Below, piece by piece: positions 10,238 to 20,000 of a DNA stretch of 20,000 bases. The stretch covers positions 22,042,062 to 22,062,061 of the forward strand of contig NC_057719.1 in the NCBI RefSeq assembly GCF_004010195.1, read 5' to 3'. Below the pieces are notes generated by a model. The model saw nothing but the letters and a program-made list of their open reading frames with translations, had not been told where the DNA came from and made no database searches. The stretch is from Chiloscyllium plagiosum (taxonomy: Eukaryota). The translations under genes were made by a program, and so were the position numbers. Position 1 is the first letter of the stretch. The number at the start of each line of letters is the position of its first letter.

Positions 10238-10386
10238 GTACAAGGCCTACCTGTTCAATTTTCACCATTATGATGTAGATGCCAGGTTTGTATCTTTACT
10301 GGAAGAGCTTGGCAAGATCTGGAGCACAAATCTTCAGTACTATTGCAGGAATAATGTCAGGGCCCATTGCCTTTGCTGTATCCAAT
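10238..10386 (-). mobile_element. Old CR1/L2-group LINE, 5'-most surviving segment (piece 3 of 3)
   Basis: Minus translation DTAKAMGPDIIPAIVLKICAPDLAKLFQ*RYKPGIY contains the KAxGPD motif that precedes the RT core. Confidence 0.75.
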
Positions 10387-10404
10387 TGTTTCTTTATTCA
10401 CTCT

Positions 10405-10745
10405 GTGCAGAGTGAATGTTGTGAAAATGTTTCCACAAGTGATAAGATGAGGATTCAAGGACACAGCCCGAGAGTGAAAGGTGGCCCTTTAGAATTGAGA
10501 TGAGGAGGAATTTCTTCAGTCAGAGGATAGTTAATCTATGGAACTCATTGGTACAGAGGACTCTGGATTCAAGCTTTTGAGTGTTTCTAAGGAAGCAATA
10601 GTTAGGTTTTTGATTGGTAAAGGAACTAAAGGTTATGGGGAGAAGGCAGGAAAATTGGGTTGAGAAACATATTAGTCACAATCAAATGTCAGAGCAGATT
10701 CTATAGTCACTTGGCCTAACTCTGCTATGATATCTTATGGTCTTT
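10405..10745 (+). mobile_element. Diverged CR1 LINE 3' end
   Basis: gagatgaggaggaatttcttcagtcagagg...tatggaactcatt encodes R.NFFSQR.V..WNSL, followed by aaaggttatggggagaaggcagg and a tcttatggtctt tail. Confidence 0.8.
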
Positions 10746-10857
10746 CTATCCTCATGTGGTTGCAACAAACATGGAGATCAAGAAATTAGATATTCACTCG
10801 ACAACCTAAATGTCTAAGTGCAACGAGATGAGATGCAATTAGTGGAGCTTGTTTTTG

Positions 10858-11203
10858 TTCTCTCTATTCTTTTATAGGATGTTATCATTACTGTCAAGGG
10901 CACCTTTTGTCTCCCATCCCTAACTGACCTTACACTGAATAGCTTGTTTTGCCATTTCATAGGGCAGTTAAGAATTGAGCACATTACTGTGCGTCTGGAG
11001 TCACATGTAGGCCAAACCAGGTAAGGATACCGGTCTTCCTTCTTGAAAGGAAATTTGTAAACCTGATGGATTTTTATAACAATTTATGTTAGTTTAATGG
11101 TCTCTACTACAGAGATTAATTTTTAATTCTAGATTTATTAATTGAATTCAGATTCTACCAGCTTCTGTGGTGAGATTTTAACCCATATTCCCCATGACAT
11201 TAT
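10858..11203 (-). mobile_element. tRNA-derived SINE (decayed) with a LINE-like 3' tail
   Basis: B-box-like GGGTTAAAATCTC near 11184-11172 on the minus strand. The 3' tail (ttagggatggg...) resembles the LINE tail at 12030-12070. Family assignment rests on resemblance only. Confidence 0.6.
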
Positions 11204-11937
11204 CAGTTTGGACCACTTCCCCTTGACTATTGATTTGTGGATGTGAATTGCTTCGGGTGAATGGACTTCCGAACCAGTGTAACACTGATACTGCGGCACA
11301 ACCCGTCTATATTTAACATTTCATCACCTTTAGTAGTATTCCATTTCATTCTGCCAAGATTTCACTGATAGTTGAGAACGCATCAGGCTGAAGTTCAAAA
11401 CTGAGGAGAATGCGATTAAAAAAGCTTTTTATGATCTGATGCCATTAAACTCTTTGAAAGAAACAGAAAATATTGAGCTAGCCTCTGTGAGGGTAAAGGG
11501 CTTTTTACATGAAAAAATCTTTCAGGAAATGGCGATTACATACCAGAAAAATGGCTGTTACCCACTGCACCTCAAATTTGTGCACTTTTTATGCCTGTTA
11601 TGAGCCCAATGAATTTTACAAACTTGGTACATAATGCCCTTAATCTAAAAATCGGAGCCATTGTATTAAGCCAAGGTGCAATGATGTGCAGCAATTTATA
11701 ATAAAGAGTAAAAGACAAAGGCAACTGGGATATAATGCTTTTACACATTTTCTTGATATTTTCTTTTGCAAACGATTTGCTCTGTACACAAATTACATGT
11801 ATCTCAAACACCAGAAATTTCTCCCAAGTTAATTAATGCTAATTAGACCTGAAATCTGAGCTATTCTACATTTTAAAAACATCTCCACTAGGAATTAGCT
11901 GCAGAATGTGCAGTCTTATTTTACTTACAACACTAAA

Positions 11938-12091
11938 TGGAATTCCCTCCCTAATGACATTGTGGGTCAACCCACAGCAGGTGGACTGTGGCAGTTCAAG
12001 AAGGCAGCTCACCACCACCTTCTCAAGGGCATTTGGAAATGGGCAATAAATGCTGGATGTCCACATCCCATAAATTAATAAATTTAAAAAA
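11938..12091 (+). mobile_element. 3' end of the CR1/L2-group LINE (same family as 4520-5503)
   Basis: tggaattccctccctaat...cagttcaagaaggcagctcaccaccaccttctcaagggc...gggcaataaatgctgg plus an A-rich tail. It is the reverse-complement homologue of 4560-4690. Confidence 0.8.
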
Positions 12092-13027
12092 GTAGACAGA
12101 AGACTGACTCTGACAAGTTCTGTGCATTATCATTTAAAGCAATTCCTCGTCACACCATCCTTTCTGACATAAACGACCACAACAAGTTCCTAAGTTTTAT
12201 TTAAATAGGTGTCAACTTAATGAAAACAATTTACTTTCTCTAAACCTTTGATCGAGTCAGGTTTATTCAATATTAATTCAGCACTTGTTTTTGCCGCATC
12301 ACATTCTAAACAGTCAGCAGCATAAGTTGAATTTTCAGGGAAGGTCTGAAATAAAAGTAATAAGCTACTTTCAAATTTAGTTGATGCTGTGGATGGAACT
12401 ATTGAGGACATTTGGTCGATACTCTATGGAGATTGGAAGGATCTGATTGAAATTAATAGTCAGTCAGTAGCAGGCCAACATGACAGAATGCTCCTCTTTT
12501 CCACCAAAAAAGGTGACAAGCTGAAACACAGTTGAATAGCTCCTATTCAGTGATGAACACACATGTACAATACATAGGCATAGCATTAGTATTGGATAAG
12601 TCCTTACCTCAAGCAGAACTTTTCTATCATGAGGTTCATGCGCACCAAGCTGCTCAGTGGATAATGGTGGCATCAATAGTATACCCAATACCGTACTACC
12701 AAACCTGATTAGATCAGTTTAGTGTGATTTCATACACCATTGGTAGCATGTTGTTCCAGTTTTTGTCTAACTCGTGCAGATTTATTTAAGGCTCTTGTCA
12801 CCTATTTCAGCTGAAGTTGCTATTTGGTTATCGGTTGCATTTGGTTTTAAGCAGCATTGCCAGGAGCCAGGCATGTATATCACTTCTTTCATAATTAATC
12901 ACTATCCTTTAAAAGATCACAATGAACATGCAACCCGGTGAGGTCAGTTTTTCTGAGCCGAGATGATAGTTTGGATGCTAGATGATGCTCTATTTGATCT
13001 TTTACATTCCAGGGTAGGTCTCATGTT

Positions 13028-13237
13028 CTGGATTAGTGGTGCTGAAAGAGCACAGCAGTTCAGGCAGCATCCAAGGAGCTTCAAAATTGACGTTTCGGGC
13101 AAAAGCCCTTCCTGATGAAGGGCTTTTGCCCAAAACGTCGATTTCGAAGTTCCTTGGATGCTGCCTGAACTGCTGTGCTCTTCCAGCACCACTAATCCAG
13201 AATCTGGTTTCCAGCATCTGCAGTCATTGTTTTTACC
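13028..13237. mobile_element. Palindromic (head-to-head) PLE terminal-repeat insertion with a 13-bp TSD
   Basis: TSD TAGGTCTCATGTT at 13015-13027 and 13238-13250. Arms 13026-13111 and 13117-13202 are 81/86 complementary. A hammerhead motif CTGATGA-A-GGGC-tttt-GCCC-AAAA-C-GTC sits at 13112-13139, with GAAA mutated. Confidence 0.9.
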
Positions 13238-14046
13238 TAGGTCTCATGTTGTCTAGTAGGCTGACATCTCTAAATAGAACAAATCCATCCTGCATTACAA
13301 CAAAGATTTCCCCTAAAGCCCTCAGCTGAGCCTGCCTAGTTTGTCAACTGCAAGCCAGTTAGGTCACTTAGAAGTGGAAAGGAATGGAAAGAAAGCATAG
13401 TTACCATCATTGCACCTTGTTCAGGGCATGGTGAGAAATATGCCCAGTCGTGGGAAAATTGCCAAACCATTAATGTGCTGTGTCATTGCTGTCACAAAAG
13501 AGACCTTTTGAGACTTATTTTCAGGTTCAGCCTGATACAAAACAGCAAAAATAATACACCACAACCTATTCCAATGAACATCAAGTTGTAGTTTTACTTT
13601 GGAAAATGTTATAGATCCTCAAGATAATTTCTGATATTCAGATGTCTTTGTCAATGACAAGAAAACACATTTTAGATTAGATACAGAAGCAAGTGTATTC
13701 ATTCTTTCTGATTCTATACTGTGGTTTGAGCTATACCTTCTATAACTATTGAACATCTGATTGTAAGGAACACAAGGTATTAAAATAAACACCAATGACA
13801 GTTTCATTGCATGTTTTGTTATGCATGAGTTTGCAGACCTTCTGCATGTCATTTGCAATCAACAGTATTTTTCTTGAATGGAGAGGTTGGCCTTGCTCTG
13901 AACCCTCTTCAGTTAGCTGAGGTTGATGACTGTGATTTACCCGTCTTTTGATGACCCTCCATTTCTCGGATAGCCGGTGAGTTTTCTAAGACTTTCTTTC
14001 TGTTTTCAGTGGAACACAGTTGCAGTGGGCATGATGTCGCCAAGTT

Positions 14047-14785
14047 ACTCATGATTTAAAAACCATTGTAGGTCACCCCTCAGCCTCCAACGCTCCAAGT
14101 AAAACAGTCCCAACCTATTTAGCCTCTGCCTATGGACCAGTTTGATCTTTATGACCACAGAATGGTTACAACACAGGAGGTGGATATTTGGGCCAGTGTC
14201 TCTCTGCTGGCTCTGCAGATGAGCATTTCACCTAGTCCCTGCTCCAATTTTCCCCCACAATCATAAACATTCTTTTCAGATTATAATCTAACTCCTCTTG
14301 AATGCCTTGACCCACTGCCTTACCGCCAGTGTGGTCCAGATCCTAATCATTCATGGAATGAAAATGTTTCTCCTTTTGCTGCTATTATTTCTTTTGTCAA
14401 TTATCTTTAATTTGTGTTTTCTTGTTTTCAATACTTCCAATCCACTAAAGGAAACAGTTTCTTCCTCAGATATTCTTGAAGAGAAATTTGGGATGATGTT
14501 GAAACCTCATAAATAACCTCTCAGACTTCTCTTTGTCAACATGAATATGGGACTTAGGAACAGCTGTAGCCTATTCCACTATTTAATGCAATGATGGCTG
14601 ATCTGGCTGATCTTGCCCACTTTCCTGTCTGTTCCCCAGAAACTTTGATCCCAATGTCAACCAAAAATCTAATTCGTCCCTGAATAAATTTAAGCCCCAG
14701 CCTCCACTGTCTTCTGGGGAACAGAATTCTACACTTTAATGACCCTCTGGGAAAATATTCCTCTACCTCTACCTTACAAGAAAGA
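14047..14785 (-). mobile_element. Cluster of decayed CR1 3' fragments (about 14047-14135, 14155-14540, 14545-14785)
   Basis: 14047-14135 is homologous to 3478-3570 (ggtcacccctcagcctcc...ctccaagt.aaaa..gtcccaacctat). The other two resemble older CR1 3' UTR/ORF2 ends. Boundaries are approximate. Confidence 0.6.
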
Positions 14786-14787
14786 AC

Positions 14788-15110
14788 CTCTTTTCCCTGT
14801 GGTGGGGGAGTCTAGAACTAGAGGGCATAGATTTAGGGTGAGGGGGTAAAGATTTAAAAGGGACCTAAGGGGCAGCTTTTTCACACCAAGGGCTGTGGGT
14901 GTATGGAATGAGCTGCCTGAGGAAGTGGTAGAGGCTGATACGTTTACAATATTAAAAAGCTATGTGGATGGGTACATGAATAGGAAAGGTTTAGAGGGAT
15001 ATGGGCCAATTGCTGTCAAATGGAACTACATTAGGTTACGGTATCTGGTCAGCATGGATGACTTGTACTGAAGGGTCTGTTTCCATGCTGTACAGCTCTA
15101 TGAATCTATA
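14788..15110 (+). mobile_element. CR1 LINE 3' end
   Basis: ESRTRGHRFRVRG..FKRDLRGSFFTPRAVGVWNELPEEVVEA, then ttagagggatatgggcc...gaagggtctgtttccatgctgt and a ctctatgaatctat tail. Reverse-complement homologue of 3133-3450 and 19128-19245. Confidence 0.9.
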
Positions 15111-15409
15111 CAGATTGCAATGTTATACCTGCTCTTTGCCAACAAAATAACAAGTTGGAAAATGTCGTCCATTGTTTTGACGATTTGATAGAGGAGGAGA
15201 TCCAGCCATGCTTGTTCAACACAATGCACTGCATGACAAACTCAGTTGGTACCTTTGACCAGTATCGGACCTTCACTGAATACACTGATAGAATTGTGCT
15301 AGTGTTGTACAATTCCAATGTCCTGCTTCCGTTATCACAAGAGATGTCTTGACTGGACATTCATCCTGCAGTCAAAATTATTTCGGCGGAAAAAAATCCT
15401 TAATTTTTA

Positions 15410-15715
15410 AAAACGTTTTGTACATGAGACATGAGCATTAATGGCCATGTCCTATTTGTTGTCCATCTCTAAGTGCCTTGGAGAAAGTGGTAGTCAGCCA
15501 CCTTTGAGCTTTTGCAGTCCTTGGATTATAGAGATATGGACAATCATGTTAGGAATTGAGTCCAGGAATTTGACCAAGCAACGGTGAAGGAATAATTGAT
15601 TAGTTACAAGTCAGGATGATGTATTGCTTAGAAGGAAATGTTCAAGTGATGGTGTTCTAATGATGCACTCCTCTTATCCTTTCAGGCAGTAAACGTCACA
15701 GATTTGAAAAGTGCT
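15410..15715 (-). mobile_element. Decayed 3' end of the CR1/L2-group LINE
   Basis: gccttggagaaagtggtagtcagccacctt...ccaggaatttgaccaagcaacggtgaagga is homologous to 4590-4710. Confidence 0.7.
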
Positions 15716-15817
15716 TTCAACAGTGGAGAAGCGTTCACTATTGACACCCTTCCACTCATCTTATCAGGTGCTGACTAAAAAAGACTTTTCTCAGTCTCCT
15801 GTGGGTCATTATACCCC

Positions 15818-15999
15818 TGCTGAAAATGTGTTGCTGGAAAAGCGCAGCAGGTCAGGCAGCATCCAGGGAACAGGAGAATCGACGTTTCGGGCATAAGCCC
15901 TTCTTCAGGTTCCCTGGATGCTGCCTGACCTGCTGCGCTTTTCCAGCAACACATTTTCAGCTCTGATCTCCAGCATCTGCAGACCTCACTTTCTCCTCC
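15818..15999. mobile_element. Palindromic PLE terminal-repeat insertion with a 13-bp TSD and a hammerhead core in the loop
   Basis: TSD GTCATTATACCCC at 15805-15817 and 16000-16012. Perfect 53-bp inverted repeat at 15819-15871 and 15909-15961. The minus strand of the loop reads CTGAAGA-A-GGGC-ttat-GCCC-GAAA-C-GTC-GATT. Confidence 0.92.
15877..15911 (-). ncRNA. Hammerhead ribozyme core with weakened stem I
   Basis: All core nucleotides and stem II are intact. The 5' stem I strand is replaced by inversion-junction sequence (GAAC), so pairing with GATTC needs a bulge. Confidence 0.65.
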
Positions 16000-18900
16000 G
16001 TCATTATACCCCAGCAATCTTTCAAACAGATACCTTTAAAGTTCCTACTTCTACACATAAGCAGCTGAGAGTACTGCCATGATCATTCTTTGATAATCAA
16101 GTCTTTCTTTTAGCTTGAAGCTTTCTACCTTATCAAGCATGTTAACAGATTGATACTGAACTCTTCCATAGATTGATTTACTTCTTATCCTCAATAGAAT
16201 TCCCAATGTTCATCTGTGCCTGAGCATTGATTACCTTCACCCTCCATTTCCCCTGCTTGTAGCTATTCTTGTGTCCGTAAAGCATATAATATGTGGTTTT
16301 AACTTCCTTCCTGTTCATAGTACTACCTGTTTAAGACTCACCATATCATGTTGACCAGTATTTCTAAACAAATTAAGGTCAATTTATAATTGGTCAAACT
16401 CTTAAAAGCTCTTTTTGAACATTAACAGAAATAAAAAAAAAGATTTCACAGACATTTTAAAGAAACTACAAATATTCTTACAGTGCTGCTTCCAGGTCAA
16501 AGGTCAACACAATGTTTCTATTCATGAGCTTAAAGGGGATAAACTCAATTCAGATTCTACCCATTGGCAGCAGATTTTTTTCCTCTTGATTACCTGTAAT
16601 ATTTTACAACTACTTAAACATTATCAGACAGGAGCCACAAAAGTATACAAGAAAAACGTTTTTGTTTTTAATATGGCTTAAGGAAAAGTATAACACTTTC
16701 AAGAGAGATAAAGAACATCTGTTGCCAGCAATGCAATTGTTTCCAGTTTTATTTCCCGAGTATGACAGTCAGCAGCTTCTGCAACTTGATCCAAGCAATT
16801 TATGAGTTGCAAGAATTCCGACAGTCCTGAACGTTTCTGGCATACTATCTGCAACTTAGATCACTGACAGAAGAACCTTTTCAGCAGTCCATATCACGAA
16901 TGAAACCAGGTCAGACATGAACTTCGGCCTTCTAATCTTAGGGTTCCTGTTATTTACTTGTGTTAGCAAAAGAGTTTTTGAAATTATTTTTCAAAGCACT
17001 AACATGTAAAGACAATGCCTGCGCAAAAATGGGCTTATGAGGAATGTAGATAAACTTGAATAATTTTATCACAATATTGGGTTTGATACTGGAGGCCGCA
17101 GAGTTTGATTATCCATCAATATTGCTCACTTGATGGAATTAAACTAGCAATCCCATATTTTGTGGGACATTTCATCATTATATATAAAGTACTTCATGAT
17201 TATACTTTAATCCATGCTGGAGAGACTGGTTGCTGAAAGATGTACTTTCTACTGGCATTGCACTGGTTGATGCTTTTAGTTAAAAATATCTTTGTGTTAT
17301 TTTAACATAGTCACTGATCTTTTTTAGAATAAGGTTAATGACCGAGCTAAAATAGCACACAAAGGAATTTTCCACAAATGTGCATGCCCATATACTTTTG
17401 GACGAAATCAAACCCCATGGTTACGAACAATGTATAGTGCAACTGTGAGGGCTTAACTAGCTCTGAGTGTTTTGAAGGGATTTGAAAGAAAACAACAGGA
17501 GCTATTTGCACTATTGTGATTACTCGTAGATGCCTCATAAAGTCTTCATCAGGCTTTGTCTGATATTGCTTCAAGCTATTTGTGTAATGTTGACTAGGCA
17601 GATGTTGGCTGGAAGGTTAGATACTAACTAGCGTTTAAAAAATACTCTCAGTATTAAACTTTATATTATGAGCAACCATGTAGTCCTAAGACGTATGCTC
17701 TGGCGTTCTGCAATTTAAATGTTACGTACCTAGTCAACACTAAATGACATCAAGCCATTCAGTTTCAGGAGCCAGACAGTGCATGTTATTAATGATACTC
17801 AAGGGTGGAGCTTTCAAAATTGGCATCTTTACGCACCACGCATGTGGTAATTTTGCCCACATGAAATGGGCATCAAAGCTCAGCCGTGTTGCCACTGCGC
17901 CAATTGTGTCAGTCTGTGTTTCCTGGCAGACATATCACAGTTATTGGAACTGCCTTCAATGCACCTCAGTTATTTTAGTTAATTAGAGAGGATGAGCCAG
18001 AGCAGAGAGGATTTGCCAAGAATGTCCAGGTAGCACCTGAAGCACAGTGATTGCATGTTATGGCATAAATCCCTGTAAAACGCTTGATGAAAGCTGCTTC
18101 CAGAGTCTCAGGTTGAAGAACGAGCCATTTTTAATGCAGTTTCTTCAGCTTCAGGTGGTCTGAAGACAATCTTGAGCAGAGAGATAGCTTACTCAATGAT
18201 CTTTAACTTTGGATTTTTCCAGCTGTTTCAATGGATACCAATAATATCTGACAATTTACTACTTACCAATGTAATAAACTGGTAAACACAACAACTTGTT
18301 CAAAATGGTCACTAGCTGTCTTCTTTCCCACTGAAACACAACAACAATGTAACAGAACTAATAAATGTCACTGGATTGCGAGCTTTATATTCCATCTTTT
18401 ACTCTCCACCAGTATGTAAAAGCAGATTTCGTTAGGTTTCTCACCTGGAACATTAGTTGAAAATTACTCCTCAAAGATTTCTATGTTGCCCTTTGATCAT
18501 TTGCATGTCATTTCAGTGAAGAAATAGTCACTGAGAGATCTGCTCAAAATATTACTGGAGTTGACATATATGTTAATAGGAATATAGAGTATGTCATAGT
18601 TAAAGTTAATTTAGTTATTAATGGAAATAACTGAAGTAGTAGGCAGGAGAATGTAAATAGATTTAATGTGTAGGTACTCCCAGAAGGCATTCAATTATGT
18701 TTCTCAAATGAGAGTGTCAGCTCTCGGAATTGAAACCATTTTTTCACAAAATTAAGAGATGGGTAAAGTTGTAGAAGAGAAAGGAGGAATAATGAGTGTT
18801 GACACAGATTGGAAGGAACTAATCAGAAGTAGCACACAATTAGCTAGGCTGTGACCTCAGCTAGCCAATATATTTACTAATGGATTGCCTAATACAAGAT

Positions 18901-19127
18901 AAGGAATTCATAGCTATTGTTTGAATCCCATCATTTATTTAGCATCATCTGCAGACATGTTGTATCTGTAACTAGCTCCAAATCAGGTATATGACAATGG
19001 CATTGTAGATGGCTCATCATTATGGTACACATAACTGTAGCAAGTTGATTCCGCACAATCTTAACCAGATTTCATAGCATAAGAAATGCTTGTGGACCTT
19101 AAGCAATTCCTATTGATAATTACATTA

Positions 19128-20000
19128 ATAGAGTCATAGAGATGGACAGCATGGAAACAGACCCTTTCGTCCAACTGTCCATGCCGACCAGATATCCCAA
19201 CCCAATCTAGTCCCACCTGCCAGCACCCAGCCCATATCCCTCCAAACTCTTTGTTCAGCAACACTCCCTAGGACCTTACCATTATGTGGATAAGGACTGC
19301 TTAGATTTGCTTTCCCAAAATGCAGCACCTCACATTTATCTGAATTAAACTCCATCTGCCACTTCTCAGCCCATTGGCCCATCTGATCAAGATCCTGTTG
19401 TGATCTAAGGTAACCTTCTTCGCTGTCCACCACACCTCCAGTTTTGGTGTCATCTGCAAACTCACAAACTTTACTTCTTATGCTCGCATCCAAATCATTT
19501 ATATAAATGTCAAAAAGTAAAGGGCCTAGAACCAATCCTTGTGGCACTCCATTGGTCACAGGCCTCCAGTCTGAAAAACAGCCCTCCACCACCACCCTCT
19601 GTCTTCTACCTTTGAGCCAGTTCTGTATCCAAATACCTAATCAGTCTCCCATGGGGAACCTTGTCAAATGCCTTACTGAAGTCCAAATAGATCACATCTA
19701 CCGCTCTGCCCTCATCAGTCCTCTTTGTTACTTCTTCAAAAAACTCCATCAAGTTTGTGAGACATGATTTCCCACACACAAAGCCATGTTGACTATCCCT
19801 AATCAGTCCTTGCCTTTCCATATACATGTACATCCTGTCCTTCAGGATTCCCTCCAACAACTTGTCCACCACTGAGGTCGGGCACACTGGTCTATAGTTC
19901 CCTGGCTTGTCTTTACCACCCTTCTTAAACAGTGGCACCACATTTGCCAACTTCCAGTCTTCCAGCACCTCACCTGTGACTATCGATGATACAAATATCT
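19128..20000 (-). mobile_element. CR1 LINE with RT domain and internal deletions; continues beyond the right window edge
   Basis: DWKLANVVPLFKKGGKDKPGNYRPV...QHGF..GKSCLTNL.EFFE...YLDFSKAFDKVPH, then GVPQGLVLGPLLF.IYINDLD...FADDTK, and an ATAGAGTCATAGAG tail at 19128. Confidence 0.95.

Noticed and set aside
12944..13329. Similar small ORFs on opposite strands (MVLEEHSSSG and MVLKEHSSSG)
   Set aside because: They follow from the palindromic PLE-terminus insertion and are not genes.
15106..15360. ORFs on both strands of a unique segment
   Set aside because: No recognisable domain and no convincing splice-site pair keeping the frame open.
13026..15961. Long inverted repeats read as DNA-transposon TIRs or terminators
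   Set aside because: The arms are homologous to retroelement 3' termini (505-602), are asymmetric relative to the TSD, and no transposase is present.
17588..17739. Perfect 11-bp inverted repeat TGTTGACTAGG / CCTAGTCAACA
   Set aside because: It has no TSD or inward extension, and roughly one such match at this spacing is expected by chance in 20 kb.
1..20000. Prokaryote-type systems (CRISPR array, retron, DGR, group II intron) suggested by multiple RTs and repeats
   Set aside because: All RT motifs are PLE or CR1/L2-group LINE type in decayed eukaryotic repeat DNA. There are no regularly spaced repeats or operon structure.

Overview
Repeat-dense eukaryotic intronic or intergenic DNA. The repeat mix points to a cartilaginous fish, probably a shark (inference from family resemblance, no database search). 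I could not identify a host protein-coding gene, and every recognisable ORF is retrotransposon-derived. Main contents: (1) Penelope-like elements (PLEs; RT plus GIY-YIG) of two coding families, a young C-rich one (1-602 and 5504-6811, +) and an older, near-full-ORF pseudogenised one (7188-10210, -). (2) Six recognisable minimal hammerhead ribozyme motifs in PLE terminal repeats, two with intact cores and stems. (3) Short head-to-head palindromic PLE-terminus insertions, two with 13-bp target-site duplications (TSDs). (4) An old CR1/L2-group LINE split into three pieces by two PLE insertions. (5) Many CR1 3' fragments and a tRNA-derived SINE. The most unusual object is one TSD-flanked PLE insertion whose endonuclease C-terminal half and 3' UTR are replaced by a CR1 ORF1 (SGNH esterase) fragment, a PLE-CR1-PLE chimera whose 3' end overlaps a 9-nt microhomology with the target. 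I found no evidence of a wholly new multi-gene system.
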